A stretch of DNA of 64,000 bases from a virus, in IMG/VR virus record IMGVR_UViG_3300008117_000018, positions 32,001 to 96,000 of that record; one strand, written 5' to 3'. The notes below the pieces were generated by a model that saw only the letters and a list, made by a program, of their open reading frames with translations, did not search any database and had not been told where the DNA came from. This document shows, one piece after another, positions 47,854-58,791 of this stretch. The position numbers and the translations under genes are program-made. Numbering within the stretch: the first letter of the stretch is position 1; each line of letters begins with the position of its first letter.

Positions 47854-48618
47854 TTATTTAAATTGTTTATCGTATAACTTTCTTTTCATTTCCATTACTT
47901 TACCGATATATCCATTTCTTCTAAGTAGTTTAAAAACTAAATTACCTAAAGAAAATTCCCCACTTTCAGAATCTAAACCACTTTGACGATAGTTTTTGAT
48001 TTTTTTCCAAACTTTTTTTATCTTTGGCTCTAATTCGTCAAAGTCTTTACTCTTTGACTCTTCTTCAATATCATCTATTGACATTATAATATTTTTAGAC
48101 TTTTCTTTTATCATTCTTTCATTGGGTTTGAAATCCATTTTGACTGGTTTTTTAACCCATTTATCATGTAGTAACGAATAAACACCACCCATTTTCCCGG
48201 TTTTGAGTTCATCTCTCATAACATCGTCATCTTGAATACAAACCTCAACTTCATATCCTTTTATTTTGATATCATGTTGTTCATTCCAAATCTTTTTAGC
48301 ATAATCACATAGTTTTTCAACTAAGTCATAGTCTTCATCAACATCTTTAAATTTAATTGTTATATGTAAATCATAATCAGAATATTTCTCGGACCAGTTA
48401 TAATTACAAAGAGAACCACAAAGAATTATATCAATTACATCCGCTTTAATTTCAGTACCATCAAAAAAATCCTGACCAATTTGAAGTAATTGTTTTCTAA
48501 CTTCGTTGTCTAATTCAAAATCATCCCATAATTTAGTAGGTAAATTGTCTTGCAATCTAAATGACTTTATAGGTGTAAATGTTCCTCTTTTGAATTCAAA
48601 AAACTTTGTCAATTTCAT
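47854..48618 (-). CDS. Pol-beta-superfamily nucleotidyltransferase
   Basis: ILCGSLCNYNWS..SDYDLHI (GS..DxD), VEVCIQD, GVYSL. Confidence 0.8.
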   Translation of the reverse strand: MKLTKFFEFKRGTFTPIKSFRLQDNLPTKLWDDFELDNEVRKQLLQIGQDFFDGTEIKADVIDIILCGSLCNYNWSEKYSDYDLHITIKFKDVDEDYDLVEKLCDYAKKIWNEQHDIKIKGYEVEVCIQDDDVMRDELKTGKMGGVYSLLHDKWVKKPVKMDFKPNERMIKEKSKNIIMSIDDIEEESKSKDFDELEPKIKKVWKKIKNYRQSGLDSESGEFSLGNLVFKLLRRNGYIGKVMEMKRKLYDKQFK

Positions 48619-48666
48619 ACCAGTATATATTAAATTAGGAAAACTTAATTTGATAATCTAAATATA

Positions 48667-50328
48667 ATGATTATGAAAAAAATTCTAATTATCGCGCCGC
48701 ACTTATCAACAGGTGGATTACCTCAATTTCTATTAGAAAAAATTCAGATTCTAATAGAAAATTATAAAGTCTTTCTAATAGAATGGTCAAATATAACTGG
48801 TGGAGTATTTGTAGTTCAAAGAAATAAAATCTCTAAATTACTCGGAAATGACTTTTATACTTTAGGTGAAGATAAAAAAATGGTATTAAAAATAATAGAC
48901 GAATTGAAACCGAATGTTGTTCATTTTGAGGAGTTTTCCGAAACATTTATTGACTTTGAAATATTACATAGTATTTATCAAAATAAAAATTATTTTATAA
49001 CCGAAACCACACACGGTACATCTTTCAATATTAATGATAAAAAATTCATTCCTGATAAAATAATGTTTGTCTCAAAGGGTAATTTTAATCAATACAGAAC
49101 AATTACTCAAGATTGTGATGTGATAGAATTTCCTGAAAAAAATAAAAAAAGAGTTGAAAACTTAGAAAAATTAGGTTTAGACCCAAGTTACAAACATATT
49201 TTAAATGTAGGCCTTTTTACCAGTGGTAAAAATCAAGGTGAAATATTTGATTATGCCAGAAAACTAACAGATTATAAAATTAAGTTTCACTTTATAGGAA
49301 ACCAAGCTGGTAATTTTCAAGATTATTGGAAACCAATAATGGATAACAAACCAGATAATTGTATAGTATGGGGTGAAAAGGAAAATGTTAAGGATTTCTA
49401 TGATTCTATGGATCTATTTCTATTTACATCAATTTGGGAAAATAGACCTCTGTCTGTTTTAGAAGCAATAAATAGCGACATGAAAGTTTTAATGTATAAC
49501 TTAACTAATTATGCAAATGACTTTGCCAGATTTAATAATGTTTCTTTTTTAACATCTGACTTTGATTCTAATATAAATTTAATATTAGAGAATCTTTCTA
49601 TTCAAAAATCAAATAAACAAAATAAAAACTCTGTTAAAATTGATACAAATTTTAATCAAAACTCATTAAAAAATACAAATAGAATTTCAACATATCATAT
49701 ACTAACCGATATTGACACAGAAAGAGAAATAAGGTCTATTGCCGACCTATCTAAACTAGAAGATTTTGATTTCTCTTACAATACAATAATTAGTAAAAGA
49801 TGGACAGAACTTCCACCAAAAGAAACTTGTGCCTTTCCAGACATAGTTGCTATGGAACCAGGTGGTAAATTGACACCCGCACACTATGGTTGTTATTTAG
49901 GACACAGAAAAGCTTTTGAAACAGGCTACATAGATAATCCAGAGTATATGATTATATTTGAATGTGATTGCATCTTAGACACTACACATGAAGAGTTTGT
50001 AAAAAAAGTAAATGAAGCTATTGAAATAGTCGAAAAGAATGACCTGTTTATGTTTTCTTTTGGTTTTCACAATAACCAATCAATTTTATCAAAAGAGGAA
50101 AAATATTATAAAGTTTACGAATTTATAGGTGCACATGCTTATTTAATTCCTAGAAAATCTTATAAAACAATTTACGATACTTATCAGAACGAAAAATGGA
50201 ATGTTGCGGATTTATTTATGGGAAACAACTTCAGAAATTTTGTTCATGGAATTTTTCCAAAACCAATTACCAAACAAGCTGGTGGTATATCAATATTAGA
50301 AAATTTAGCAAATGAGGACAGATATTAA
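48667..50328 (+). CDS. Two-domain glycosyltransferase (GT4-like GT-B plus GT25-like)
   Basis: PHLSTGG, NVGLFTSGKNQ, DLFLFTS.WENRPLSVLEA; C-terminal GCYLGH, IFECD, GAHAYLI. Confidence 0.85.
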   Translation: MIMKKILIIAPHLSTGGLPQFLLEKIQILIENYKVFLIEWSNITGGVFVVQRNKISKLLGNDFYTLGEDKKMVLKIIDELKPNVVHFEEFSETFIDFEILHSIYQNKNYFITETTHGTSFNINDKKFIPDKIMFVSKGNFNQYRTITQDCDVIEFPEKNKKRVENLEKLGLDPSYKHILNVGLFTSGKNQGEIFDYARKLTDYKIKFHFIGNQAGNFQDYWKPIMDNKPDNCIVWGEKENVKDFYDSMDLFLFTSIWENRPLSVLEAINSDMKVLMYNLTNYANDFARFNNVSFLTSDFDSNINLILENLSIQKSNKQNKNSVKIDTNFNQNSLKNTNRISTYHILTDIDTEREIRSIADLSKLEDFDFSYNTIISKRWTELPPKETCAFPDIVAMEPGGKLTPAHYGCYLGHRKAFETGYIDNPEYMIIFECDCILDTTHEEFVKKVNEAIEIVEKNDLFMFSFGFHNNQSILSKEEKYYKVYEFIGAHAYLIPRKSYKTIYDTYQNEKWNVADLFMGNNFRNFVHGIFPKPITKQAGGISILENLANEDRY

Positions 50329-51898
50329 ACACGGATTTATTGTAACTTACTTTAGAAGTTCAGACGAATCAGAAAAATTACTTTCTGATATGATCGAAGT
50401 ATTAAGTAAAGAAAATTTCTATTTAGTATTAGCAGCACATAGCTTAGTACCAGTTGAGATACAACAAAAATGTGACTTTTTTATTTATGAGTCTCTAAAC
50501 ATCTCAGATGATAGAAAATATTCACACGGTGTTGCAGAAAGCTCTCTAATTGAAATGTCACTAAATCACCTAAAATATCAAAATATTGAGTGGACATTTA
50601 AAACCTGTTATGATATCATATTAAATGATGTTTCAGTATTTTCTAAAGTTACTAATAATTACAAATTTCCATTTGTAACATGTAATTGGGGCGATCATTT
50701 TATATGCACCCATACTTTTTTTGCAAACGTAGATTTTATACTCAATAATATCAATTTCTACAAAACAGTAGAAGAAATGTTCCAAAACAGCAATGTATTA
50801 GAATTGTGCTGGCAAAATGATATTTTAAATAAAAACTTAAAAGACCAACTCTATATCTACGAAAGTAAAGCAGAGTTATTTGGTAATTCAAATATAATAG
50901 ATGTAGTTGGTTTCAACTATCACAATGTTGAATTCTGGTACGAAGAACAAGAAAATAAATTTTATGTAAAAAATAATGGAGTTGATTATTCAGCAGAACT
51001 TAGAATCTTTGATTACTACAGCGATACTTGTTTGTATGTAAATAAAGATTTTAATCAACCAAAAGGAGCTGTCCATTGGATAGTATCACCAGTGACAGAT
51101 TATTTAAAATTTTCTAAAAACGGATATTATTTAGAGATTTATTTAGAAAATAAAACTATAACAAAAAATATCTTAATAAAAGATTTTAGACTAAAAGATC
51201 CTAACTCAAAAAAATTTAAAAGAATCAAAAGAAAAGAAGTCAAATTTAATGAATATTGTGATTTTACAAATTTTGACCTTTATTCAGAATTTGGGATAGA
51301 TATTAAAAAAATTAATAATTATGTAGACATCGGTGCTTGCTATGGTCTTTCTATTTTACCTTTTTTAGAAAATAATTGTAAAATATACATGATTGAACCC
51401 GATACAAATAATTTAGATATTCTAAAAGATATATGGAGTAACTCAAATAATATAAAAATAATAGATAAAGCAATATCAGACACAAATGGAGTAATAAATT
51501 TCTACATAGAAGAAAATTTGAGTGTTGTATCTAGCATTTTTGAAAAAAATGCCTTAGGTAACGAAAATGGTAGAAAATCTATCGAGATAGAATCCATAAC
51601 ACCAAACAATTTAATAGAAAATTACATAGATGAATCTGAGATTGACCTTATGAAAGTTGACATTGAAGGAGCAGAGTATCAATTTTTTGAAAATATCACA
51701 AAAGAAAACTTATCTAAAGTTAAAAGATTTATTATTGAGTTTCATAATAACGAAGACTTTAGAGTGATGAATATATTAAAAACACTAGCTAAAAACGGAT
51801 TTAGATATAAATTATCCAAATGGCAAAATTGGGATGATGATTTTATCATTTCAAATAAAATGGGTATAATTTACGCAGAAAAAACTAATAAATTATGA
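50312..51898 (+). CDS. FkbM-family methyltransferase with N-terminal GT-like domain
   Basis: VDIGACYG, IEP, KAIS, IDLMKVDIEGAE, IEFH. Confidence 0.85.
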   Translation: MRTDIKHGFIVTYFRSSDESEKLLSDMIEVLSKENFYLVLAAHSLVPVEIQQKCDFFIYESLNISDDRKYSHGVAESSLIEMSLNHLKYQNIEWTFKTCYDIILNDVSVFSKVTNNYKFPFVTCNWGDHFICTHTFFANVDFILNNINFYKTVEEMFQNSNVLELCWQNDILNKNLKDQLYIYESKAELFGNSNIIDVVGFNYHNVEFWYEEQENKFYVKNNGVDYSAELRIFDYYSDTCLYVNKDFNQPKGAVHWIVSPVTDYLKFSKNGYYLEIYLENKTITKNILIKDFRLKDPNSKKFKRIKRKEVKFNEYCDFTNFDLYSEFGIDIKKINNYVDIGACYGLSILPFLENNCKIYMIEPDTNNLDILKDIWSNSNNIKIIDKAISDTNGVINFYIEENLSVVSSIFEKNALGNENGRKSIEIESITPNNLIENYIDESEIDLMKVDIEGAEYQFFENITKENLSKVKRFIIEFHNNEDFRVMNILKTLAKNGFRYKLSKWQNWDDDFIISNKMGIIYAEKTNKL

Positions 51899-54171
51899 TT
51901 AAAACAAAAGTTAAAATAGATTTTCAGGGCTCTGATGTAGTCGAAGTCACAAACATGACCGATATAAGATTAGAAAATTGTTTATTAGATATAAAGAACA
52001 TTCTTTACGGAACAATATGTTATCAAACATTCGATTTATCACCAAACGAAACTATAACATTTCAATTATCAAAAGATAATTTTTATGAAGAGTGGAAGGA
52101 TGAAAAATTTAATGTTAAATTTTATTCAAACCATAAGTTGATTATTGAAAAAAGTTATAATGATAAATCAAAATGTTTTGTGATTTTAACAAATGATAAG
52201 TTTGAAAAATTAGCTGAACAATTAATCATAGGATTAGTTAAATATACCGATATTGATATTTTACATTATAACATCGGTTATAAATCTACACTAAACTATC
52301 CAAATCTAAAAAATATAGAATTTGGAATTGGTGAAGACACAAATGATCCTCACTACATGCAGTTTTCAAAAGCTCCTGTGTTTTTAGATGTGATTGAGAA
52401 AGGTTATAAAAATTGCATATTTTTAGATGTTGATATACAAGTGAGACCAAATATCTATAAAATGTTCGAATTATTGAGTGAAATAGAAGATGGTCCGATT
52501 TTTCAAAAAGGCGCACATGATTACACTTTAGTTGGTAAAGAATATGTTCCAGGCCCATTGGTTCAAAATTTGTTAGAGCTTCCTAATCAAAAATACCCAC
52601 ATGGGATAACCAATGTAGTTCTTTTTACAAATAATCACAAGAATTTATTTCAACAATGGAAGGATGTATGCTTTTCCAAAGAGATAAAAGAAATAAAAAA
52701 AGTAGAGTTCCTACATGATGAATTGTTGTTAAATGGATTGATGTGGAAAAATAACATCAAGCCAAAATATTATTGGTTTGGTTTGAATATTGACTCAATT
52801 GAAGATGTTAAATTTTTCTATAACTATAATAATAATACATTCAATGATCGTGTCGATTTAAATGACTACGGTATAGGTCATCCTTTTCAATCCTTTATAC
52901 CTTTTGATAAAGAACAAATAATGTTCTTTCATTGTATAAAAGATCCAAATGTTGCAAAAAAAATAAATGATTATGTATCTGAAAGAGAATATGGTAGTTT
53001 CTCCGATAGAATTTCATCATTCTATAAAGACATAAAATTTACCGAAAATAGAATATTAGAAAAAACAAATATTCAAATAATATCACACTACATAGATGGA
53101 CCATACGTTGAAATTTTATGTAATGAAAAAAGAAACTTTATTGTAAATTTCTTTGACGGAAAAATGAAATTAATACATCGTTCAGAAATCACTAGTAATA
53201 TGTGGACAAGAGCAAATAAAAGATATTATGATGATTATACCGTTCAAATAATAGAAAACGGAGAGGTTATTTTTGAAGAACAAATTAATTTAGAAAATAA
53301 AAGAGTTTTGATAACAATAGAATCTTCATCACTTGGAGATTCTCTAGCATGGATGCCATACGCTGAGGAATTTAGAAAAAAACATAATTGTGAGGTCATA
53401 TTATCAACATTCAATAATGAAGTTTTTGAACAAAACTATCCAAATTTAATTTTCTCAAAACCAGGTGAAGTTGTTCACAATCTACACGCATTATATAGGA
53501 TTGGCTGGTATTACGACGCTTCAATGGAAGTAGACTATTCAAGAGTTCCAAATAACTTTAGAATGCAACCTATGCAAAAAACTGCCTCTGATATTTTAGG
53601 TTTAGAGTATAAGGAAGTTATGCCATTACTCACATTACCCAATGTAGAAAAGAAAAGAAAAGTAGGTATTGCAATACATGCAACAGCACAAGCTAAATAT
53701 TGGAACAATCCAACTGGTTGGCAAGAGGTTGTAGATTATCTAAATAGTTTGAACTATGAAGTAATGTTATACTCACGAGAAGGAGATGGCTATATGGGAA
53801 ATTATCATCCATCTGGTATAACTAAATATCCAGGCGGAACGTTACAAGATGTTATAAATGATTTAGCAACTTGTGAATTCTTCATAGGCATAGGTTCAGG
53901 TCTCAGTTGGTTATCTTGGGCTACAAAATTACCAACCATTATTGTGTCTGGATTTAGTTACGATTATACTGAAACAATTTCAAATACGTGGAGAGTAATA
54001 AATAAAAAGACTTGCACAGGTTGCTTTAATACTCATAGATTGGATCCAGGAGATTGGAATTGGTGTCCTATATTTAAAGGAACTGAAAAACATTTTGAGT
54101 GTAGTAAGGAAATAAGTAGTCAAGTGGTAATAGATAAAATAAATGATGTTATAAATACTTTACGTAATTAA
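51895..54171 (+). CDS. GT-A domain fused to Aah/TibC-type (BAHT) protein O-heptosyltransferase
   Basis: FLDVD (DxD); HYIDGPYVEI, SSSLGDSLAW.PY...F...H.C, AQAKYWN...GW..V, FFIGIGSGLSWL.WA, iron finger CTGC...WCP...FEC. Confidence 0.8.
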   Translation: MIKTKVKIDFQGSDVVEVTNMTDIRLENCLLDIKNILYGTICYQTFDLSPNETITFQLSKDNFYEEWKDEKFNVKFYSNHKLIIEKSYNDKSKCFVILTNDKFEKLAEQLIIGLVKYTDIDILHYNIGYKSTLNYPNLKNIEFGIGEDTNDPHYMQFSKAPVFLDVIEKGYKNCIFLDVDIQVRPNIYKMFELLSEIEDGPIFQKGAHDYTLVGKEYVPGPLVQNLLELPNQKYPHGITNVVLFTNNHKNLFQQWKDVCFSKEIKEIKKVEFLHDELLLNGLMWKNNIKPKYYWFGLNIDSIEDVKFFYNYNNNTFNDRVDLNDYGIGHPFQSFIPFDKEQIMFFHCIKDPNVAKKINDYVSEREYGSFSDRISSFYKDIKFTENRILEKTNIQIISHYIDGPYVEILCNEKRNFIVNFFDGKMKLIHRSEITSNMWTRANKRYYDDYTVQIIENGEVIFEEQINLENKRVLITIESSSLGDSLAWMPYAEEFRKKHNCEVILSTFNNEVFEQNYPNLIFSKPGEVVHNLHALYRIGWYYDASMEVDYSRVPNNFRMQPMQKTASDILGLEYKEVMPLLTLPNVEKKRKVGIAIHATAQAKYWNNPTGWQEVVDYLNSLNYEVMLYSREGDGYMGNYHPSGITKYPGGTLQDVINDLATCEFFIGIGSGLSWLSWATKLPTIIVSGFSYDYTETISNTWRVINKKTCTGCFNTHRLDPGDWNWCPIFKGTEKHFECSKEISSQVVIDKINDVINTLRN

Positions 54172-54715
54172 CATAACAATCTGAACTATTATGATAAGTA
54201 TTGGTCGGAATGTCACAAGTAATATTCATAATATATTGATGTAATCTATCACCATATTTATATCGGTCTCTTCCTTTTGGATCAAAATAAGAAAAAACCC
54301 CATTTTTAGAAAGAGATCTATCAACAACTTTTTCTCTAAAAAATGAGATATTATCACAATCAGCATCATAGAATATACCATCATATTTATGTTGATTTAT
54401 CTTCCAATATATTTTATACCAATCACCATAAATCACTCTAACATTTTCCTTTGACTCTGACCATATTTTTAACTTCTCGTAGATTTGTGGATTTACTTCA
54501 ACTATTGTATGTGATTGAATTGAAAAACTTTGAACATAATTTGCAAAAATTCCCATGCCAAAACCTATTTCTAAAATATGACCACCATTCTGACAGACTA
54601 CTTTTGAATGTTCAAACATAAGCTCATTTTCCCAACTCATCATAACAAATGAATTAGGTTCATTTTCTAAATGAATTGAATCTTCACTAAATACAACATT
54701 TCTACCATTTGTCAT
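54149..54715 (-). CDS. Class I SAM methyltransferase (GAMT/RMT2-like)
   Basis: VMMSWE..LM, ILEIGFGMGI, HTIVE, GDW, YDGIFYD. Confidence 0.85.
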   Translation of the reverse strand: MTNGRNVVFSEDSIHLENEPNSFVMMSWENELMFEHSKVVCQNGGHILEIGFGMGIFANYVQSFSIQSHTIVEVNPQIYEKLKIWSESKENVRVIYGDWYKIYWKINQHKYDGIFYDADCDNISFFREKVVDRSLSKNGVFSYFDPKGRDRYKYGDRLHQYIMNITCDIPTNTYHNSSDCYVNYVKYL

Positions 54716-55020
54716 ATTACCTCACATATATATCCCATACTTTCATATCTCTGAACAGCATATGTGTAAACCGAATCCAATGATTGTATCTCATTAGTGG
54801 CGTCTATACTACATAAAATATTACCATCATGTAAATCAGTGAATATTTTGATGCCTTGATGGTATTTTTCTTTTGAATAATATATCTCAATTTCAATTTC
54901 CATATTTCTACCATTTGAATGTGCTTTAAATCCAACTCTAGCATAAACTGAATCAAGCTCAACATCTGTACCTAATATGTGAATTTTTCTTTTTTCTGTA
55001 CTCTTTATTAATAAACCCAT
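54712..55020 (-). CDS. Small hypothetical protein (possible fibre accessory)
   Basis: Directly downstream of a fibre gene. Confidence 0.6.
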   Translation of the reverse strand: MGLLIKSTEKRKIHILGTDVELDSVYARVGFKAHSNGRNMEIEIEIYYSKEKYHQGIKIFTDLHDGNILCSIDATNEIQSLDSVYTYAVQRYESMGYICEVI

Positions 55021-55032
55021 AAAATCTTTTTT

Positions 55033-56895
55033 TTAAAAATACGTAGTTACTACAACAATCCCATCACCACCACGGCCACCAGCACCTGATACAACACCAA
55101 CACCAACATTACTTGAAGCAGCACCACCACCACCTCCGCCTCCATATAGACCACCAGCGGATCCAGAACCGGCTGCAATATTACTAGAGCCTCCGCCTCC
55201 GCCTCCTTGACCAAACAAAGTTCCAGCAACTTGACTCAAAGCAAGACCACCACTTGCAGCAATAGGACCACCGTTTGTATCACCTGTAATAAATATTTGT
55301 CTTATGTTACCACCACTTCCACCAGATTGTAAAGCATTAGCCGAACTAATTGAGCCTCCGCCTCCGCCTCCGCTCGGTCCATATGGTATTTCAGCACCAT
55401 CATCCGCAGTAGCAGCCGTATTCGATCTACCTCCATTAGCAGGGTTAGTTAGATAAGTATTACCAACACCTCCAATCGGTGGAAGTATACTTTTAGCAGA
55501 AGAGCCACCAAAACCGGCGCCTCCGCCTCCAGCAAAAGAAAAAGTTCCAAAAAGACTATTACCACCAGCCGAACCAGGTCTACCATTAGTTGAGTCAGTT
55601 GCTTGAGAACCACCTCCTGTACCAGATGTACCAACTGTAACCGAGACAGTAGATGGCAAATCTTGACCGATGAAATTAGTAACAGAAACACCACCACCTC
55701 CACCACCATCACCACCCATTCTAGTAGAAGAAGCAGCACCTCTTCTACCAGAGCCACCTCCACCACCAGCACCAATAAGAATAACATTTACTAATTTAGC
55801 TCCATTTGGTTTAGTCCAAGTAGAATTTGAGGTATAAACTTGGACATTTGAAGCACTAACGTTTCCTTGACCCGACGTACCAGAAGTAGAACCTGACGTA
55901 CCAGAAGTACCAGAGGTAGTTGCTTGACCTCTTGTTCCAGATGTACCTTCAGAAGCTTGAGTACCAGATGTACCAAATGTTCCACTCGTTCCACTTGTAC
56001 CATTTGAACGACTTATTCCAGATGTACTAATACCACTTGTTCCAGATGTAGATGAGAGTGCAGAAAAGCCAACTATTGATGAACCACTTGTTCCAGCAGT
56101 AGAAACACCACCTGAACTTCCCGAGGTACCGGATGTTGAAACATCACCATTAGTACCAGATGTTCCTTTAGTACCGGAAGTAGCAACTTGACCCGTTGTT
56201 CCAGCAGTACCAGACTGACCAGATGTACCATTAGTACCAGATGTACCCTGAGTACCAGATGTACCAGATTGACCAGATGTTCCAGCAGTTCCAGTTTGTA
56301 CACCGGATGTACCGGATGTACCAGATTGAGTAGAAACAGCATTTGTAGTTATGTTACCTGATGTACCAGATGTCGTAAGAGAAGCATTTGCAGTTGAAAT
56401 ACCAAAATTACCAGATGTTCCGGATGTATTAGAGTTCCCGGATGTTCCGGATGTGTTAGATGTTCCTGATGTTCCTGATGTTGTTATTTGACCTCTTGTA
56501 CCAGAGGTACTTGATAAACCAGATGTTCCAGCAGTCGTTGATAAAGTATTATTAGTTGATATTCCAGAGAGACTACTGACTGAAGAAAAACCCTGTGTAC
56601 CAGATGTTCCAGATGTTCCATTTGTACCAGATGTTCCAGATGTTCCATTTGTACCAGATGTTGCATTAAAAACAGCACCTGAGCTACCAGAAGTTGAATT
56701 CTGACCAGATTGACCAGATTGACCATTTGTACCAGAAGTATTTGAAATACTACTATTTCCAGATGCACCGGATGACAAAGAATTTCCAGAAGTACCGCTG
56801 GTTTTAGAAGAACCATTTGTACCAGAAAGTCCATTTGTACCAGACGTTCCACTCTGTATTAAACCACTAACACTATTAATTTTAGATAACGACAT
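55033..56895 (-). CDS. Gly-Thr-Ser repeat fibre-like protein with C-terminal glycine-rich domain (paralog 3)
   Basis: TSG triplets; [24 protein letters not shown]...[12 protein letters not shown]; own late box. Confidence 0.8.
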   Translation of the reverse strand: MSLSKINSVSGLIQSGTSGTNGLSGTNGSSKTSGTSGNSLSSGASGNSSISNTSGTNGQSGQSGQNSTSGSSGAVFNATSGTNGTSGTSGTNGTSGTSGTQGFSSVSSLSGISTNNTLSTTAGTSGLSSTSGTRGQITTSGTSGTSNTSGTSGNSNTSGTSGNFGISTANASLTTSGTSGNITTNAVSTQSGTSGTSGVQTGTAGTSGQSGTSGTQGTSGTNGTSGQSGTAGTTGQVATSGTKGTSGTNGDVSTSGTSGSSGGVSTAGTSGSSIVGFSALSSTSGTSGISTSGISRSNGTSGTSGTFGTSGTQASEGTSGTRGQATTSGTSGTSGSTSGTSGQGNVSASNVQVYTSNSTWTKPNGAKLVNVILIGAGGGGGSGRRGAASSTRMGGDGGGGGGVSVTNFIGQDLPSTVSVTVGTSGTGGGSQATDSTNGRPGSAGGNSLFGTFSFAGGGGAGFGGSSAKSILPPIGGVGNTYLTNPANGGRSNTAATADDGAEIPYGPSGGGGGGSISSANALQSGGSGGNIRQIFITGDTNGGPIAASGGLALSQVAGTLFGQGGGGGGSSNIAAGSGSAGGLYGGGGGGGAASSNVGVGVVSGAGGRGGDGIVVVTTYF

Positions 56896-56905
56896 AATTT
56901 ATATA

Positions 56906-58780
56906 TTAAAATCTAGTAATGACAACAACCACACCGTCACCACCATCACCACCACGACCCGAACTAAATCCGTTAGTAGAAGCACCTCCGCCTCCGCCAC
57001 CACCTCCATATAGACCACCATCACCTCCCCTGCCTCCAGGAGTAAGCGCGATATTACTTCCAGCACCACCACCAGCACCACCTCTTCCCAATAAAGAAGC
57101 ATCTGAACCAGGTCCAGTTTGACCATTTACCCCAACAGCTGCACCAGCAGCAAATATTGTACTATTATCAACCGTCAATATTGACCCACCGTTTCCTCCA
57201 GTCCCGAATACATTAGTAGCAGAAATGTTACCACCACCTCCACCACCAGTCGGTTTATAAGGAGTATCCTCAGCAGCACCACCCGATGTTCCACCATCAC
57301 CAGTATTACCTGAAGTTCCTGGATAATTAACATCACCACCAATACCACCGGTACTAAATGAAGCGGTTTTACCACCATCTCCACCTCGACCACCTCCCAC
57401 AGTCAAATAGACATTAGCACCAGTAATATAATCACCAAATATAGTATCGTCACCATTATTACCATCATTACCGTTTGTGTTTATAGTTGAAATTGCAGCA
57501 CCACCACCACCACCAGCACCCGGATTACAAAGCACACTAGATGGTAGTATTGAGGCATTAATAAGAACTCTAACATGTCCTCCTGAACCACCACCAGATC
57601 CACCGAATCTTGTTCTACCAGAAGCATTCAAAGCACCAGAACCACCACCACCGCCACCACCTATACAAATGACCTCAACCATTTTAGCACCGCTTGGTTT
57701 AGTCCATGTAGCATTTACAGCCGAATAGGTATTAATTTGTATAGAAACAGCACTGGTACCACTTGTACCAAAAGTACCCGATGTTCCCGAAAACCCACCA
57801 GAACCGGAAGTTCCAGAGGTTCCACCAGTTTTTGAGATACCAGAAGTTCCGGATGTTTGAGATGTTCCTGAAGAACCACTAAGAGTACCAAAACCAGAAG
57901 TTCCTGAAGTAGTACCAGATGTACCGGAAGTAGATGATAAACCAGAAGTACCGGAAGTTCTGAATGCACTAGATGTACCCGAATTACCACTATTTCCTGT
58001 TGTTCCTGAAGTACCACTATTACCATTAGTTCCAGATGTTCCAGAAGTCGATGATAAACCAATTGTACCTGATGTACCTCGTGTACCACTAGTACCAGAA
58101 CCACTTGATACACCAGAACCACCAGAAAATGAAGAGACACTTGATACCCCAGAACTTCCTGATGTACTTGAATTTCCAGATAAAGAAGAAGTTCCAGATG
58201 TACCAGAAGTTCTACTTTGACCAGAACTTCCTGATGTACCTGTAGTTCCTGAACTACCCGATGTTCCAGAAGTAGTCAATCCAGAGGTACCGGAGGTTGA
58301 CGAATTTGCGGAGGTTCCTGATGTATTTGAAGTTCCAAAAGTTCCAGAAGTTGATGAGTTATTACTCAAACCAGAAGTTCCAGAAGTAGTATTCAAACCA
58401 TTAGAAAAAGAATTACCGGACGTCCCTGATGTCGTATTGACACCGGATGTACCGGAGGTTGTATTAATACCTGATGTTCCAGAAGTATTTGAAGAATTAC
58501 TTATGCCAGATGTACCAGATGTACCAAATCCTCCAGATGTACCAGAAGTATTGTTATTTCCAGATGTACCAGAAGTATTGTTATTTCCAGATGTACCAGA
58601 TGTTCTAGTTAAACCGGATGTTCCAGCGGTTGAAGATAAACCAGATGTTCCTGAAGAACTATTATTACCAGAACTACCACTAGTGCCGTTGGTTCCTGAT
58701 GTACCAGAACTACCAGAAGTCGATGATAAACCAGATGTACCGGATGTATTATAATTTACACTATCTATTTTATTTATCAT
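56906..58780 (-). CDS. Gly-Thr-Ser repeat fibre-like protein with C-terminal glycine-rich domain (paralog 2)
   Basis: TSG triplets; WTKPSGAKMVEVICIGGGGGGGSG...GGDGVVVVITRF; own late box. Confidence 0.8.
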   Translation of the reverse strand: MINKIDSVNYNTSGTSGLSSTSGSSGTSGTNGTSGSSGNNSSSGTSGLSSTAGTSGLTRTSGTSGNNNTSGTSGNNNTSGTSGGFGTSGTSGISNSSNTSGTSGINTTSGTSGVNTTSGTSGNSFSNGLNTTSGTSGLSNNSSTSGTFGTSNTSGTSANSSTSGTSGLTTSGTSGSSGTTGTSGSSGQSRTSGTSGTSSLSGNSSTSGSSGVSSVSSFSGGSGVSSGSGTSGTRGTSGTIGLSSTSGTSGTNGNSGTSGTTGNSGNSGTSSAFRTSGTSGLSSTSGTSGTTSGTSGFGTLSGSSGTSQTSGTSGISKTGGTSGTSGSGGFSGTSGTFGTSGTSAVSIQINTYSAVNATWTKPSGAKMVEVICIGGGGGGGSGALNASGRTRFGGSGGGSGGHVRVLINASILPSSVLCNPGAGGGGGAAISTINTNGNDGNNGDDTIFGDYITGANVYLTVGGGRGGDGGKTASFSTGGIGGDVNYPGTSGNTGDGGTSGGAAEDTPYKPTGGGGGGNISATNVFGTGGNGGSILTVDNSTIFAAGAAVGVNGQTGPGSDASLLGRGGAGGGAGSNIALTPGGRGGDGGLYGGGGGGGGASTNGFSSGRGGDGGDGVVVVITRF

Positions 58781-58791
58781 AACTATATATA

